DNA of 64,000 nucleotides from Leucoraja erinacea. Lineage: Eukaryota. The notes below the pieces were generated by a model. It was not told the origin of the DNA. It worked only from the letters and a program-made list of their open reading frames with translations, and did not search any database. The stretch lies in assembly GCF_028641065.1 (NCBI RefSeq), contig NC_073383.1, positions 17,980,001 through 18,044,000 of the forward strand, written 5' to 3'. Positions 61,201-64,000 of this stretch are shown piece after piece (position 1 is the first letter of the stretch; every line of letters begins with the position of its first letter). Both the position numbers and the translations under genes were made by a program.

Positions 61201-61751
61201 GAGGGGGGGGGGGGGTAGGGTAATCCACGTTTACTAAAGAAAATATTCTTCAATCCTGCATTTCAATGTTGCTACCTGGTCAAATGTCATTAGTGATGCA
61301 TTTCCTCCTTCGTGCAATTGACGCTAAAGCTTGAGAACTCATGAAGACCTCTTACACACTCCTGAGACCATACCGGAAGTTTTTACTAAGAAGCCCAGTA
61401 TTTGGCTCATTTTAATTTTAATGATTCCCAAATGTTCTGCTGTGACAAGTTCATCATCCTGCTGCCAAGATAATTGTCAGTAAAATAAACAAGGACAGGA
61501 TTAAAGTAGAATATTCAAACTATTCATCATCATTTGCTGAGGCATCATCCTGAGTAACTTGGACACTCAGTTTAAGGATCAGGAGTACAAGACAAGGGAG
61601 ACCTCTGCCCCTCTTTACTTTCCCATCTTTCCTTGCTGACACCCTGAACTTCTAAGGCAATGCTGAGTGTGCCCGGCAGTTTAAAGTAAGGACAGGAAGC
61701 CCCTCCATGGCCCCAGAAAACATTAGGAAGAGCTGAAGGAGAATATTTAGG

Positions 61752-62042
61752 TTAAGTTTAGTTTAGTTTAGTTTCGAGATACAGAGCGGAAACAGGCCCT
61801 TCGGCCCACCGAGTCCTCACCGACCAGCGATCCCCGCACAGTAACACTATCCTACACACACTAGGGACAATTTACACTTATACCAAGCCAATTAACCTAC
61901 AAACCTGTACTTCTTTGGAGTGTGGGAGGAAACCGAAGACTTCGGAGAAAACCCACGCGGTCACGAGGAGACGCACAAACTCCATACAGACAGCACCTAC
62001 AGTCGAGATCGAACCCGGGTCTCCAGTGCTGCAAGCGCTGTA
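61752..62042 (-). mobile_element. HE1/V-SINE-type SINE truncated by a MITE insertion at TA
   Basis: (tttag)n tail and V-domain; sequence stops at gcaagcgctg|ta where the MITE begins. Confidence 0.88.
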
Positions 62043-62352
62043 ATGCCCCTGCCCCACTTAGGAAACCTGAACGGAAACCTCTGGGGACTCTGTGCCCCAC
62101 CCATGGTTTCCGTGCGGTTCCCGGAGGTTCCCGGAGGTTTTTGTCAGTCTCCCTACCTGCTTCCACTACCTGCAATCTCCGGCAACCACCTGCAAACTCC
62201 GGGAACCGCACGGAAACCTTGGGTGGGGCGCAAAGACTCCAGAGGTTTCCGTTCAGGTTTTTCCTAAGTGGGACAGGGTTCACGGAGGTTGCAGGTTGTG
62301 GAAGCAGGTAGGGAGACTGACATAAACCTCTGGGAACCGCACGGAAACCTTG
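62043..62352. mobile_element. Palindromic MITE (family of 23426-23643) plus an appended inverted partial copy
   Basis: atgcccctgccccacttaggaaacctgaacgg ... cctaagtgggacaggg (62278), then an internal segment in reverse orientation. Confidence 0.85.
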
Positions 62353-62479
62353 TTGGTTTTCTCTTGTTTGCGATACACATCAACTGGGAGTCTCTGTTTA
62401 GCTGCAACCATATCTATGTACATGACTGACATAGTTACAGGAACTGAGGGAACAATTATATTTTTAATGTCATTACAGA

Positions 62480-62815
62480 ATAATGAAAGGCATAGATAGA
62501 GTGGATGTGGAAAGGATGTTTCCACTGGTGGGAGAATCTAGGACCAGAGGTCATAGCCTCAGAATTAAAAGGTGCTCTTTTAGAAAGGAGGTGAGGAGGA
62601 ACTTCATTAGACAGAGGGTAGTTAATCTGTGGAATCATTGCCACACAAGGCTGTGGAGGCAGCCAGTGGATATTTATAAGGCAGAGATGGACAAATTCTT
62701 GATTAGAACGGGTGTCATGGGGAGAAGGCAGGGAAATGGGATTAGGAGGCAGAGATCATCCATGATTGAATGGCGTGGGCTTGATGGGCCGAATGGCCCA
62801 ATTCTACCCCTATAA
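62480..62815 (+). mobile_element. CR1-type LINE 3' fragment
   Basis: MKGIDRVDVERMFPLVGESRTRGHSLRI...QRVVNLWN. Confidence 0.88.
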
Positions 62816-62919
62816 CGTGAACTTGTGAATAAGGCAAACTTAAGCCGCATGGAACATTCTGACAGGGACATAAGAAACTACAGGAGCAGTGGGTGAAGAG
62901 AGTCAGACACAAATTATTA

Positions 62920-63370
62920 TGTGCCCCACCCATGGTTTCCGTGCAGTTCCCGGAGGTTCCCGGAGGTTTTTGTCAGTCTCCCTACCTGCTTCCACTACCT
63001 GCAATCTCTGGCAACCACCTGCAAACTCCGGGAACCGCACGGAAACCTTGGGTGGGGCGCAAAGTCTCCAGAGGTTTCCGTTCAGGTTTTTCCTAAGTGG
63101 GACAGGGTTGCCGGAGGTTGCAGGTTGTGGAAGCAGGTAGGGAGACTGACATAAACCTCCGGGAACCGCACGGAAACCTTGTTGGTTTTCTCTTGTTTAC
63201 GATACACATCAACTGGGAGTCTCTGTTTAGCTGCAACCGAATGGCCCAATTCTACCCCTATAACTTGTGAACTTGTGAATAAGGCAAACTTAAGCCGCAT
63301 GGAACATTCTGAAAGGGACATAAGAAACTGCAGGAGCAGTGGGTGAAGAGAGTCAGACACAAATTATTAT
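62920..63370 (+). repeat. Tandem duplicate of 62091-62920 lacking 62410-62788
   Basis: 62920-63238 matches 62091-62409, and 63239-63370 matches ~62790-62920. Confidence 0.9.
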
Positions 63371-63454
63371 GAAAGATGTTGAAGTTAGAAAAAGGATAGT
63401 AAATACACCTTATAATTTAAAGTTTAATTGGCTGCAGAACTGCCGCAACAGAGA

Positions 63455-63722
63455 AAGTCACAAAATGCTGGAGTACATCAATGGGACAGGCACAGAAGGA
63501 ATGGGTGACATTACGGGTCGAGACCCTTCTTCAGACTGAAAGTCACGGGAATGGGAAAGGAGAGATATAGACGATAACGTTGATAGATATAGACCTAATG
63601 GGTGAAAGATATGCAAAAACGTAACAATGATAAAGGAAACAGGCCATTGTTGATTTGACGGTGAGAATGAAAACCTGGTGTGACTTGGGCGGGGGATGGA
63701 TGGAGAGAGAAGGAATGCTGGC
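63455..63722 (-). mobile_element. Penelope-like terminal relic
   Basis: Homologous to 56745-57020 (gggtcgagacccttcttcagactg...aaaggaaacaggccattgtt). Confidence 0.8.
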
Positions 63723-63883
63723 GAAGCCGCAGCAGAGATAGTGGCGGGTTGTTCAAGGTGACTTGAAAACCTTAGGCATGGCAGAGAGAAGGGAAAGCAA
63801 CCGGACTATTTATTTCTCTGAGAATTAGTTTAGAGATTTAAACAGCTAATAGTTTTTAACTAAGTAAGCGCTGAGCATGTAGC

Positions 63884-64000
63884 AGGGCGGCACAGTGACG
63901 CTGTGGTACAGTTACTATCCCACACGGTGCCAAAGACCCAGGTTCGATCCCGACAACGGGTGCTATCTGTACGGAGTTTGCACATTCTCCCTATGACCGT
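63884..64000 (+). mobile_element. HE1/V-SINE-type SINE 5' part (runs off the window)
   Basis: gggcggcacagtg...caggttcgatccc...ggagtttgcacattctccc. Confidence 0.82.

Overview
Eukaryotic, repeat-dense non-coding DNA with three assembly gaps. The repeat families (HE1/V-type tRNA SINEs, CR1/HER1-like LINEs, Rex1/Babar LINEs, Penelope relics) point to a cartilaginous fish, probably a skate or ray; this is inference from repeat content. I found no convincing host protein-coding exon, so this is probably a large intron or gene desert, and every recognisable ORF is transposon-derived. Main elements: (1) a 5'-truncated DIRS1-type tyrosine-recombinase retrotransposon with an intact 3' terminus and internal complementary region (12222-16240, -); (2) a near full-length, decayed Tc1 DD34E transposon (42691-44228); (3) a 1.65-kb composite TA-flanked non-autonomous element carrying a tRNA-like segment (19663-21317); (4) a Gypsy LTR plus tRNA-Leu PBS fused to an inverted RT fragment (60789-61200); (5) a U6 snRNA pseudogene (~28299-28400); (6) a ~670-bp GC-rich fold-back palindrome in a gap-flanked contig (38570-39238); (7) about 15-20 Penelope-derived short repeats carrying a minimal hammerhead-ribozyme-like core (CUGANGA-stem II-GAAAC). 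Several repeat-free, TF-motif-rich islands are candidate conserved enhancers. Boundaries of old repeats are approximate, and family names come from motif recognition, not database searches.
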